Assembly (NCBI GenBank): GCA_964383915.1
Contig: CAYLJE010000003.1
Span: 1-62,927, forward strand
Length of the DNA: 62,927 nt
Reading direction: 5' to 3'
From: an uncultured Rikenellaceae bacterium
GTDB lineage: Bacteria; Bacteroidota; Bacteroidia; Bacteroidales; VadinHA17
A program made the position numbers and the translations under genes. The notes below the pieces were generated by a model that saw nothing but the letters and a program-made list of their open reading frames with translations, had not been told where the DNA came from and made no database searches. Positions 1-9,453 of this stretch are shown one piece after another. Position 1 is the stretch's first letter; every line of letters begins with the position of its first letter.

Positions 1-1238
1 GCCATGGCTTCCACAGGATTCAGGCGGGAAGCGCTGTATGCCGGGGTGTATCCGGAGACAACACCGATCACAGCCGAAATGGTAAGGCCCAAAATAATAT
101 TGCTTAAGGTTAGGGTCATATTGATATCTTCCAGATGATTCACGATCAGGGTACCGATAAAAATCAGTAATAGCCCGAGGATCCCTCCCAGCAGTGAGAG
201 AATCACAGCCTCATAAAGAAACTGTTGAAGGATAAATCCGTTCTTTGCTCCCAGGGATTTCTGGATGCCAATGATCCGTGTACGTTCTTTTACAGAAACG
301 AACATAATATTGGCAATTCCAAAACCTCCCACCAGAATAGAAAATCCTCCGATGATCCATCCTCCCAGATTCACCATTTTAAAAATGGAGTTCAGTCCCT
401 GTGAAATCATACTGGCCTGGTTGATAGAAAAATTGTTTTTTGCCGATGGTTTAATCCTGCGTATGCTTCGCAACAACCCGGTAATTTCATCTTTCAGTGC
501 TACCAGGGAGACGCCCGATTTGGCTTTGACCATAATAAAAGGGTTTAAGGAGTGGCTGCGCAGGTTAATGACATTTCTGACATAATTGACCGGGACAAAA
601 ACCACCTTATCCATACCCTGATCTCCGATACCGCCGGCCCCTTCTTTTTTAAATATACCAATGACGGTAAGCTTTCTCCCGCGGATGGATATTTTTTTTC
701 CTATAGGATCTTCGTTGTCGAAAAGGTTTTTGGATATCTCATGACCGAGAATGGCCCGGTTTTCCCCACTTTGTGCTTCAAAATCGGAGAAATACCGTCC
801 TCTCTCAATGTCAAAGGAGCGGATTTCACCGAAATTTCTTGTAGCACTAAGAAAAGAAATATTATTAACCGAGTTGTTAAGATATTGGACATTCACATTG
901 GCAGAAACCACAAAAGACATAGCTTCTGCCCGTGATGACCGGCGCTTCAGTTTTTTATATTCTTCAAGGGAGGGCTCCGGCCATCGCATGATTTCCCACC
1001 ATTTTACATCCGAGTTAAAAGACCATGGCCATTTCTGGACATAGACGATATTATTTCCCAGGGAAGAGATGCTGGTACGGATGGAGTTTTCCATCCAGTC
1101 CAGGACCGTAAATACTGAGATAATAGCAAAAATTCCAATGGTTATCCCCAGGAGAGTCAGGAAAGTACGTAGTTTATTGACCCGTATAGCCTGTATGGAA
1201 AAAAGAAAGCTTTCTTTTAAAAGCCGGAAAAAAATCAT
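1..1238 (-). CDS. ABC transporter permease, MacB/FtsX family (3' end runs off the window edge)
   Basis: Manual translation from ATG at 1238 gives MIFFRLLKESFLFSIQAIRVNKLRTFLTLLGITIGIFAII. The frame at the edge reads GVVSGYTPAYSASRLNPVEAM, a typical MacB/FtsX C-terminus. Missing from the ORF track because no stop falls in the window. Confidence 0.9.
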   Translation of the reverse strand, partial: MIFFRLLKESFLFSIQAIRVNKLRTFLTLLGITIGIFAIISVFTVLDWMENSIRTSISSLGNNIVYVQKWPWSFNSDVKWWEIMRWPEPSLEEYKKLKRRSSRAEAMSFVVSANVNVQYLNNSVNNISFLSATRNFGEIRSFDIERGRYFSDFEAQSGENRAILGHEISKNLFDNEDPIGKKISIRGRKLTVIGIFKKEGAGGIGDQGMDKVVFVPVNYVRNVINLRSHSLNPFIMVKAKSGVSLVALKDEITGLLRSIRRIKPSAKNNFSINQASMISQGLNSIFKMVNLGGWIIGGFSILVGGFGIANIMFVSVKERTRIIGIQKSLGAKNGFILQQFLYEAVILSLLGGILGLLLIFIGTLIVNHLEDINMTLTLSNIILGLTISAVIGVVSGYTPAYSASRLNPVEAM

Positions 1239-1426
1239 TATTCTTTGTTTAAGATCGAAAAATACATAAACACCGGAACATAACAAAACTCTTTTGGCGT
1301 TGAAAATATTATCATTAGGTAAGACTATCTGAATAAATTTATCTAATTTTACGGGCAAAATGATTTTCAGGGATTGGCCCTGCTTAAATAAATGATTTTT
1401 AACAGAATAAAAGCGTTGAGTAATTC

Positions 1427-2944
1427 ATGAAGAAAATTGAAAGTGCATTAATATCCGTTTATCATAAAGAAGGGATAGATGAAGTTGTCAGGGAACTTAA
1501 TGAGTTGAATGTCAGAATCTATTCTACCGGTGGCACACAAAAATATATCAGTGATCTTGGGGTTCCCGTTACCGCAGTAGAAGAAATGACCACTTATCCA
1601 TCCATTCTGGGAGGCAGGGTGAAAACATTACATCCGAAAGTTTTTGGGGGAATACTGGCACGAAGGGAAAACATACAGGATGAGGAAGATCTTAAGAAAT
1701 TTGAAATACCTGAAATTGATCTTGTGATCGTAGATTTATATCCTTTTGAAGAAGCTGTCCGGTCAGGGGCTGAGGAAGTGTCTGCTATTGAGAAAATTGA
1801 TATCGGGGGGATTGCCCTGATCAGAGCTGCTGCAAAAAATTTCCATGATATCCTGGTTGTGTCAAATAAAGGACAATACAGGCATCTTCTGGACCTGCTT
1901 GAAGAAAAAAAGGGGAAGACCACCCTGGAGGAAAGGAAACTTTTTGCTGTTGAAGCTTTCCAGGTGAGTTCACATTATGATACAAACATATTTAACTGGT
2001 TTAACCGTGGAATAGGTATCCCTGTTTTTAAACAAAGTATTCCGTCAGGGCGTAAAATGCGTTATGGAGAGAATCCTCATCAGAAAGCTTATTTCTTTGG
2101 GGAGTTTGCTAAGTGGTTCGATCAGCTTCACGGGAAGGATATCTCCTATAATAACTTGCTTGATATTGATGCTGCCGAAGGATTGATCGCTGAATTTTCG
2201 GAGACGGTTTTTGCAGTTTTTAAACATAATAATGCTTGCGGTGCTGCTGTACGGGACACATTGACGGAAGCCTGGACTGATGCACTGGCCGGTGATCCGG
2301 TGTCTGCTTTTGGAGGGATTCTGGCTACCAATCGTACGGTGGATGAAAAGACTGCAGCCGGCATGAACAAACTCTTTTTCGAAGTGGTAATTGCTTCCGG
2401 TTATACACCGGAGGCGCTGGATATATTGAAGACGAAAAAGAAAAGGATTATCCTGAAGCGTAAAAACCCCGATTTCCCTGACCATCTTTACCGGACTGCC
2501 CTGAATGGAGTATTGCTGCAGGACAGGGATACAAAAACAGAAGGTGCATCCGATATGAAACCGGTTACCCATCACAAACCGACGGGAAAAGAAATTGAAG
2601 ACATGATCTTTGCCAATATTCTCGTGAAACATTCAAAATCCAATGCTATTGTGTTGGTGAAAAACAAACAATTGTTGGGACATGGTATCGGCCAGACTTC
2701 CCGGGTGGATGCCCTGAAACAGGCAGTGGAAAAAGCACGTCGTTTTGGGTTTGATCTGCAGGGGGCGGTAATGGCCTCTGATGCATTTTTCCCTTTTGCC
2801 GATTCGGTGCAATTGGCCCATGAAGCCGGTATTACTGCCGTTATTCAACCCGGAGGATCTATCAGGGATCAGGAATCAATTGACTATTGCAATGAACATA
2901 ATGTGGCAATGGTTTTTACAGGAGTCAGACATTTTAAACATTAA
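1427..2944 (+). CDS. purH: Bifunctional AICAR transformylase/IMP cyclohydrolase
   Basis: STGGT, GGRVKTLHP, IDIGG, RYGENPHQ, FKHNNACG, ASDAFFPF and IQPGGSIRD motifs. Confidence 0.97.
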   Translation: MKKIESALISVYHKEGIDEVVRELNELNVRIYSTGGTQKYISDLGVPVTAVEEMTTYPSILGGRVKTLHPKVFGGILARRENIQDEEDLKKFEIPEIDLVIVDLYPFEEAVRSGAEEVSAIEKIDIGGIALIRAAAKNFHDILVVSNKGQYRHLLDLLEEKKGKTTLEERKLFAVEAFQVSSHYDTNIFNWFNRGIGIPVFKQSIPSGRKMRYGENPHQKAYFFGEFAKWFDQLHGKDISYNNLLDIDAAEGLIAEFSETVFAVFKHNNACGAAVRDTLTEAWTDALAGDPVSAFGGILATNRTVDEKTAAGMNKLFFEVVIASGYTPEALDILKTKKKRIILKRKNPDFPDHLYRTALNGVLLQDRDTKTEGASDMKPVTHHKPTGKEIEDMIFANILVKHSKSNAIVLVKNKQLLGHGIGQTSRVDALKQAVEKARRFGFDLQGAVMASDAFFPFADSVQLAHEAGITAVIQPGGSIRDQESIDYCNEHNVAMVFTGVRHFKH

Positions 2945-2971
2945 GATTAAGAATTAAATACGTAAAAATTT

Positions 2972-3994
2972 ATGGGACTTTTTTCATTATTGATGCAGGA
3001 AATTGCGCTTGACCTGGGTACTGCCAATACGATTATTATTTATAACGATAAGATTTTAGTGGACGAACCGTCCATAGTGGCTATGGATAAAGCCAGTGGA
3101 AAATTAATAGCAATAGGGAAAAGAGCCCGGCAGATGCAGGGTAAAACTCCTGAACACATTAAGACCATCCGTCCGTTGCGGGATGGGGTCATTGCTGATT
3201 TTGATGCTGCCGAGTTGATGATCCGGGGAATGATAAAAATGACCAATTCCAAACCGAGATTATTTAATCCTGCCTTGCGCATAGTGGTGTGTATTCCTTC
3301 GGGGAGTACAGAGGTAGAGATTCGTGCTGTAAGGGATTCTTCCGAACATGCCGGCGGACGTGATGTGTATATGATTTACGAACCTATGGCTGCTGCCATC
3401 GGTATCGGTATTGATGTGGAAGCTCCTGAAGGAAGTATGGTTGTGGATATTGGAGGAGGAACCACGGAGATAGCCGTGATCGCCCTCGGAGGCATCGTTA
3501 CCAACAAGTCTATACGGATTGCCGGAGATGGATTTACCGCAGATATACAGGCATATATGAGACATCAGCACAATATTAAAGTGGGTGAGCGGACGGCTGA
3601 GGATATAAAAATTAATGTGGGTTCAGCCTTACCGGATTTGGATGATCCGCCACAGGATTATGTGGTCAGGGGTCCTAACCTGATGACTGCTCTGCCCATT
3701 GAAGTGCCTGTCTCTTATCAGGAAGTGGCTCACTGTCTGGATAAATCGATCTCAAAAATTGAAACAGCTATTTTAGGTGTGCTGGAACAAACTCCCCCTG
3801 AACTGTATGCTGATGTCGTTTCTCACGGGATTTATCTGGCAGGGGGGGGAGCTCTGCTGAGAGGCTTGGATAAACGTTTGACGGATAAGATTAATATCCC
3901 TTTCCATATTGCTGAAGATCCTTTACATGCTGTGGCCAGAGGCACCGGTATAGCCTTAAAAAATGTAGATGAATTTTCTTTTCTGATGAGATAA
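2972..3994 (+). CDS. mreB: Rod shape-determining protein MreB
   Basis: DLGTANT, EPMAAAIG, VDIGGGTTE and LAGGGALL actin-like motifs. Confidence 0.97.
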   Translation: MGLFSLLMQEIALDLGTANTIIIYNDKILVDEPSIVAMDKASGKLIAIGKRARQMQGKTPEHIKTIRPLRDGVIADFDAAELMIRGMIKMTNSKPRLFNPALRIVVCIPSGSTEVEIRAVRDSSEHAGGRDVYMIYEPMAAAIGIGIDVEAPEGSMVVDIGGGTTEIAVIALGGIVTNKSIRIAGDGFTADIQAYMRHQHNIKVGERTAEDIKINVGSALPDLDDPPQDYVVRGPNLMTALPIEVPVSYQEVAHCLDKSISKIETAILGVLEQTPPELYADVVSHGIYLAGGGALLRGLDKRLTDKINIPFHIAEDPLHAVARGTGIALKNVDEFSFLMR

Positions 3995-4016
3995 TTATAA
4001 AATCGTCGCTTGATGA

Positions 4017-4835
4017 ATGAGGTATTTATTAAAAATAATATATAAATATCATTTTTTTCTGCTTTTTCTCATGCTCGAGGCGATTGCTTTATCTATGGGT
4101 ATTCAGTATAATTTATACCAGCGTGCCCGTTTTGTGTCTCTTAGCGAAAATATCTCAGCCTATTTTAACGAATCCATTAGTTCTTTTACTGACTATTTTA
4201 ATCTTATAGAGACAAACCGGAGATTGTCACTGGAGAATGCGAAGTTGAAAAATCAGCTTCAGCGGGTTTACAGATCTGATAATCTTTTCTTTTTCGGAGA
4301 AAATGATACCCTGCACCGGCAGAAATATTTTTTTACTTCTGCCAGGGTTATTAAAAACAGCGTAAACCGGATGCATAATTATCTTACCCTTGACAAAGGA
4401 TCAGAGCAGGGGGTCCGGCCGGAGATGGGAGTGATCTGTCCCGAAGGAATTGTTGGAATTACAGCCGGCGTTACCCGCAATTTTACCTCCGTTATCTCTT
4501 TGCTAAATGTCAATTTCCATGTCAGTGCCAAACTGAAGAAAAATAATTACTTTGGGACTTTGTCCTGGGGCGGGCAGGATTACCGTAAAGCTGTGTTGCA
4601 GGATATTCCGTATCATGTTCAGATTGAGGTGGGTGATACGATTGTTACCAGCGGATACTCTGCGGTGTTCCCGGAAGGAATCATGATCGGGAAGGTTGAA
4701 AAAGCAATCATAAAGAATGGTAACTTTTATACTGTCACGGTAAGCTTATCTACGGATTTTAAGCATCTGGTCTATGTCGATGTGATAAGAAACCTTCAGA
4801 AAGAGGAACAAAATAAACTGGAAACGCATGATTAA
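4017..4835 (+). CDS. mreC: Rod shape-determining protein MreC
   Basis: N-terminal TM helix, coiled coil ENAKLKNQL, GDTIVTSG; follows mreB. Confidence 0.93.
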   Translation: MRYLLKIIYKYHFFLLFLMLEAIALSMGIQYNLYQRARFVSLSENISAYFNESISSFTDYFNLIETNRRLSLENAKLKNQLQRVYRSDNLFFFGENDTLHRQKYFFTSARVIKNSVNRMHNYLTLDKGSEQGVRPEMGVICPEGIVGITAGVTRNFTSVISLLNVNFHVSAKLKKNNYFGTLSWGGQDYRKAVLQDIPYHVQIEVGDTIVTSGYSAVFPEGIMIGKVEKAIIKNGNFYTVTVSLSTDFKHLVYVDVIRNLQKEEQNKLETHD

Positions 4836-5352
4836 TTCTCTGTTAAGAAATAGTTTCCTTTTTATAGTACTGATTCTGGTACAAATCCTGATACTGGACA
4901 ATCTGCAGTTGAGCAGTTATGCTGTTCCTTTCCTATACGTACTTTTTATTTTGATGCTCCCTTTTGAAACCCCGGGATGGGCGCTTTTATTGCTGGCTTT
5001 TGTGATGGGCTTTACTATGGACCTGTTTGAACATACTTATGGCATTCATACGGCGGCTACACTTCTCATGGCATGGTTCCGTCCGGGGGTCCTGCGGTTA
5101 ATCGCTCCAAGGGAAGGTTATGCGTCCAATACCTTGCCGGGGATCTATGACTATGGATTAGGCTGGTATCTTAAGTATGTTGTAATCCTTGTTTTTATTC
5201 ATCATTCTTTCTTGTTTTATTTTGAGGTATTTTCTTTTAAACATTTTTTTGATACTTTACTAAGGGTGATTATCAGCTCGTTATTTACTATTATACTGGT
5301 GATATTAAGTCAGTTTTTTGTCCACAAGCCTAAAGTATTTGTCAGGGAATGA
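4828..5352 (+). CDS. mreD: Rod shape-determining protein MreD
   Basis: Hydrophobic 174 aa protein overlapping the mreC stop; position in operon. Confidence 0.9.
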   Translation: MINSLLRNSFLFIVLILVQILILDNLQLSSYAVPFLYVLFILMLPFETPGWALLLLAFVMGFTMDLFEHTYGIHTAATLLMAWFRPGVLRLIAPREGYASNTLPGIYDYGLGWYLKYVVILVFIHHSFLFYFEVFSFKHFFDTLLRVIISSLFTIILVILSQFFVHKPKVFVRE

Positions 5353-7196
5353 AAGAGTATGATCAGTATGCCGGGAGGAAATATGTGATCGGAGGATTAT
5401 TGATTTTGGTGTCCTTGTTGTTCATCGGCAGGTTATTTATTATACAGATTGTGGATAAATCTTACCGGTTGAGTGCAAGCAACAATGTGTTACGGTATGT
5501 TCCCCAGTATCCTGCGAGGGGACTGATATTTGACCGGCATCATGAATTGATTGTCTCCAATGAGGCAGCCTATGATCTAATGATAGTCCCTGCGCAGGTT
5601 ACGGCGTTTGATACTGCTGAGTTTTGTAAAATTCTGAATATTCCGGTTGCTGATCTGGAGCAGGGGATTCGTCATGCTACTGATTATTCCAGACTGAAAG
5701 CCTCTGTACTGGTCAAACAACTTTCTGCCAGAACCTATGCTCTCCTGTCTGAAAAGATGTTTAAGTTTCCTGGATTTTTTGTGCAACCACGTACCATCCG
5801 GCATTATAACTACCCTATGGCCGCTCACATGCTGGGATATGTAGGGGAAGTTACGGAAGATATCATAAAAAAGAATCCTTATTATAAAATGGGGGATTAT
5901 ATTGGTGTCAGCGGGATAGAAAAATCATACGAGAAAAATTTGCGGGGCAAGAAAGGCTTTAATATTTACCTCGTGGATGTTCATAATCGTATCAAAGGGT
6001 CTTTTGAAAACGGGAGATACGATACGACAGCCGTTGTGGGCTCTGATCTGGTTGCGACATTTGACCGGAAACTGCAGGCGTATGGAAAGTCTTTGATGAA
6101 AAATAAGGCAGGCAGTATTGTTGCCATAGAGCCTTCTACAGGGGAGGTGCTATGCATGGTATCCTCTCCGGGATATGTTTCTTCCATGCTTATTGGCAGA
6201 AACCGTTCAAAATATTTCACCAAACTGGTTGCAGACACAATGAAGCCTTTGTTTAACAGGGCAATTATGGCCAGTTATCCTCCGGGATCTACTTTTAAGG
6301 TGGTGAATGCTTTGATCGGTTTGCAGGAGAGGGTTTTGTTTCCTTCTTCTATGTATTCCTGTGCTCCCGGATATTATGCCCCGGGCGTTTATATCGCGTG
6401 CCACATCCACCGGACACCGCTAGACCTGGTCGGGGCCATTCAGAATTCCTGTAATGCTTATTTCTGTAACGTTTTCCGTAATATTTTGGACAACCCAGAG
6501 TATCCATCTATATATCAAACATTTAGTATTTGGAGAAACTACCTTCAGCGTTTTGGCCTGGGACACCGTTTGGGTATCGATTTACCAAATGAACTAAATG
6601 GATTTCTGCCGGATACATCATATTACGACCATTATTATCACAAAAACGGATGGAGCTCGTTAACGTTGATATCGATGGCCATTGGACAGGGAGAACTTGG
6701 GTTAACCCCCTTGCAGATGGCCAACCTGACAGCAACCATTGCGAATAGAGGATATTATATTGTTCCTCATGTAGTGAAGGAGGTGCAGGGGAAATCCTCT
6801 GTTGATCCTGGTTTTTTGGTAAAACATAGTGTTGGGATTGACTCTTCTTATTTTTCTGTTGTGATAAAAGGAATGGATCTGGTGGTTAACGGGGAACCAG
6901 GCTCAGGCTCTACAGCCAGAATAGCCCGGATCGATGATATTCGTGTGTGCGGGAAAACAGGTACTGCTCAAAACCCGCACGGTAAAGATCATTCCATATT
7001 TATAGCATTTGCGCCAAAAAATAAACCGAAAATAGCTGTTTCTGTTTTTGTGGAAAACGGAGGATACGGAGCGACTTATGCCGCCCCTATTGCCTCGTTG
7101 ATGATAGAAAAGTATTTACACGGGAAAATTAAGCGTAACTGGCTGGAAGAATATATACGTAAAACAGATCTGATCCATGGATTACCGGAGAAGTAG
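5349..7196 (+). CDS. mrdA: Penicillin-binding protein 2
   Basis: RGLIFDR, SxxK in YPPGSTFK, SCN and KTGTAQ motifs. Confidence 0.95.
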   Translation: MKEYDQYAGRKYVIGGLLILVSLLFIGRLFIIQIVDKSYRLSASNNVLRYVPQYPARGLIFDRHHELIVSNEAAYDLMIVPAQVTAFDTAEFCKILNIPVADLEQGIRHATDYSRLKASVLVKQLSARTYALLSEKMFKFPGFFVQPRTIRHYNYPMAAHMLGYVGEVTEDIIKKNPYYKMGDYIGVSGIEKSYEKNLRGKKGFNIYLVDVHNRIKGSFENGRYDTTAVVGSDLVATFDRKLQAYGKSLMKNKAGSIVAIEPSTGEVLCMVSSPGYVSSMLIGRNRSKYFTKLVADTMKPLFNRAIMASYPPGSTFKVVNALIGLQERVLFPSSMYSCAPGYYAPGVYIACHIHRTPLDLVGAIQNSCNAYFCNVFRNILDNPEYPSIYQTFSIWRNYLQRFGLGHRLGIDLPNELNGFLPDTSYYDHYYHKNGWSSLTLISMAIGQGELGLTPLQMANLTATIANRGYYIVPHVVKEVQGKSSVDPGFLVKHSVGIDSSYFSVVIKGMDLVVNGEPGSGSTARIARIDDIRVCGKTGTAQNPHGKDHSIFIAFAPKNKPKIAVSVFVENGGYGATYAAPIASLMIEKYLHGKIKRNWLEEYIRKTDLIHGLPEK

Positions 7197-8604
7197 CATA
7201 CTGAGCAGGGTGGACTGGATGACGGTCATCATGTATCTGATGCTGGTGATCTTCGGTTTTGTAAATATCTATTCTTCTTCTTATCATGAGGATCATGCCC
7301 TGATTTTTGATTTTTCTCAACGGTATGGGAAACAGTTTTACTGGATTGCTACAGCTCTTCTTCTGGCCGCAGTAGTTTTTGCAATAAATACACGATTTTA
7401 TTATTTTTTTGCTTTCCCTATTTATATTCTTTCATTACTGTCATTGCTGGCCGTTCTGTTAATTGGAGCCACTATTCACGGATCAAGATCCTGGATAGCT
7501 GTTGGAGCTTTTCACATTCAGGTAGCAGAATTTGCCAAGGTGGCCACCGCACTGGCGCTGGCAAAATATTTGAGTTTTTATAACAGATCACTGACCCGGT
7601 TTAAAACACTGCTGAATGCTTCTTTGATTATTTTTATCCCGGCATCATTGATTATGCTTCAGCCGGATATGGGTTCTACTTTGATTTACCTTGCCTTTAT
7701 TCTTGTGTTATACCGTGAAGGACTTTCTTTGGGTGTCCTGATCGTCGGAGTTCTTTTTGCTTTATTATTTATACTGACCCTTGTCATGGACAAAACCCTT
7801 ATTATTTTAGGATTGCTGGTGTTGGGGTTATTTATTCATGTGATCATTGAAAAAAAAATCAGATATACCCTAACAGGCCTCGTTATTTTGCTTTTAACAG
7901 GGATTGTATTGTGGGGGTTTTCCAGGATTTTCCATCATACTTATTCTGTTTATACAGTTATTTTTCTGACAGTATTCGCCGGAGGCATTCTCTTAATACC
8001 GTTTTTTTACAAGTATAAATTGAAAAAAACAGGTTTTCTTTATTCATTACTGGTCGTCTCTATTTTGTTTACTTTTTCGGTAAATTATGTCTTTAGCAAT
8101 ATTCTTGAAGAACACCAGCGTAAAAGAATTAATATTGTGCTGGGAATCGAATCAGATCCATATGGCTGTGGGTACAATGTAAATCAGTCAGAAATAGCAA
8201 TTGGCTCCGGAGGTTTCGCAGGGAAGGGCTTTTTGCATGGAACCCAGACAAAATTCGACTTTGTTCCGGAACAAAGTACTGATTTTATTTTCTGTACGGT
8301 GGGAGAAGAGTGGGGGTTTATTGGCACTTTTCTGGTTGTTGTTTTTTATGTATTGTTTCTGCTGAGGCTGTTGTATCTGGCTGAAAGGCAACGATCGTCA
8401 TTTAACAGAATCTATGGATATTCTGTTTTTTCACTGTTTTCCGCACATGTTTTGATAAATATTGGTATGACCATTGGCTTGTTTCCTGTGATAGGAATAC
8501 CCCTGCCATTTTTTAGTTACGGAGGATCTTCCCTTTGGGCCTTTACTATTTTGTTGTTTGTTTTTTTGCGGTTAGATGCCGACCGGATGGAAATAGCTTT
8601 TTGA
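7177..8604 (+). CDS. rodA: SEDS family rod shape protein RodA
   Basis: QPDMG, IAIGSGG, PEQSTDFIF and GIPLPFFSYGGSS motifs; follows mrdA. Confidence 0.95.
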   Translation: MDYRRSSILSRVDWMTVIMYLMLVIFGFVNIYSSSYHEDHALIFDFSQRYGKQFYWIATALLLAAVVFAINTRFYYFFAFPIYILSLLSLLAVLLIGATIHGSRSWIAVGAFHIQVAEFAKVATALALAKYLSFYNRSLTRFKTLLNASLIIFIPASLIMLQPDMGSTLIYLAFILVLYREGLSLGVLIVGVLFALLFILTLVMDKTLIILGLLVLGLFIHVIIEKKIRYTLTGLVILLLTGIVLWGFSRIFHHTYSVYTVIFLTVFAGGILLIPFFYKYKLKKTGFLYSLLVVSILFTFSVNYVFSNILEEHQRKRINIVLGIESDPYGCGYNVNQSEIAIGSGGFAGKGFLHGTQTKFDFVPEQSTDFIFCTVGEEWGFIGTFLVVVFYVLFLLRLLYLAERQRSSFNRIYGYSVFSLFSAHVLINIGMTIGLFPVIGIPLPFFSYGGSSLWAFTILLFVFLRLDADRMEIAF

Positions 8605-8614
8605 CAGGAATTAC

Positions 8615-9256
8615 TTATCCGCGTTTTTTTAGAACTTCGGGGAATTCTAACATAAAAACATCTGAAAGAAATAGTTTGATATCAAAAGCTGACATTACAT
8701 AATGAACGATATCAGGAAAGAAGCAGAAAAACTCTTCCCGGTATAAATCATAGTGCGTAATGAGAATACGAATAGCATCATCCGTATAATCAGGTAAGGT
8801 AGTTATCTCACTCATTTTTCTCAGCACATGTTCTATTCCCTCAATAGTGTTGTAGGCTTCCAGCCATCTGTTGAAAATGAAAGAAGGAACAATTTGTTTT
8901 ACGGCTTCAGGAAGGATATCATAATTTTCATGTAGGGTTCTATAGGTTACTTCAGCCAGTTCGGGAAGAGGAACAGATGAAATATAATCCCAGTTGGCCG
9001 AAAGAAAATGATCATAAAAAATATCAATGATGACCCCTGCATACTTATGGTAAAACGGGATAAGCCTTGCCTTACTGTCCTGGACGACGGAATGCGCATC
9101 AGTATAAGAATCAATATGGCGGTGTAAAATAATGCCTTTTTTGATTCCTTCAGGATAAAGGCTGAAATCACGCCCCTTCACATAATCCCCAATAAAATTA
9201 CCAATCCTGACCTGATCAGAATCACCAGACAGAAAGGTATGGGCCAAAAAATTCAT
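8615..9256 (-). CDS. acpH: ACP phosphodiesterase (AcpH/DUF479 family)
   Basis: MNFLAH start, GNFIGDYVKG, HRHIDSYTD and DIFYDHFL motifs. Confidence 0.88.
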   Translation of the reverse strand: MNFLAHTFLSGDSDQVRIGNFIGDYVKGRDFSLYPEGIKKGIILHRHIDSYTDAHSVVQDSKARLIPFYHKYAGVIIDIFYDHFLSANWDYISSVPLPELAEVTYRTLHENYDILPEAVKQIVPSFIFNRWLEAYNTIEGIEHVLRKMSEITTLPDYTDDAIRILITHYDLYREEFFCFFPDIVHYVMSAFDIKLFLSDVFMLEFPEVLKKRG

Positions 9257-9453
9257 ATAAAATAATCTTCTTATTATTTAGACGAAAATTATGCCAAAAT
9301 GGTTGCTAATAAAATTATTTCAGTGTCTTTAAACATATTTTGTAAAATATTTATTTACAGTGCATACACATATTCCATTTTTTATTATTATTAAGGTATA
9401 TTTATACGATTATTGTATATACTATTTTTTATCTATTTAAAATTATTAGCATT

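Noticed and set aside
9393-9410. ARG-box-like palindrome AAGGTATATTTATACGAT upstream of the ArcE-like gene
   Set aside because: Single box, mismatched at both outer conserved positions, in very AT-rich DNA; plausible by chance without a PWM score
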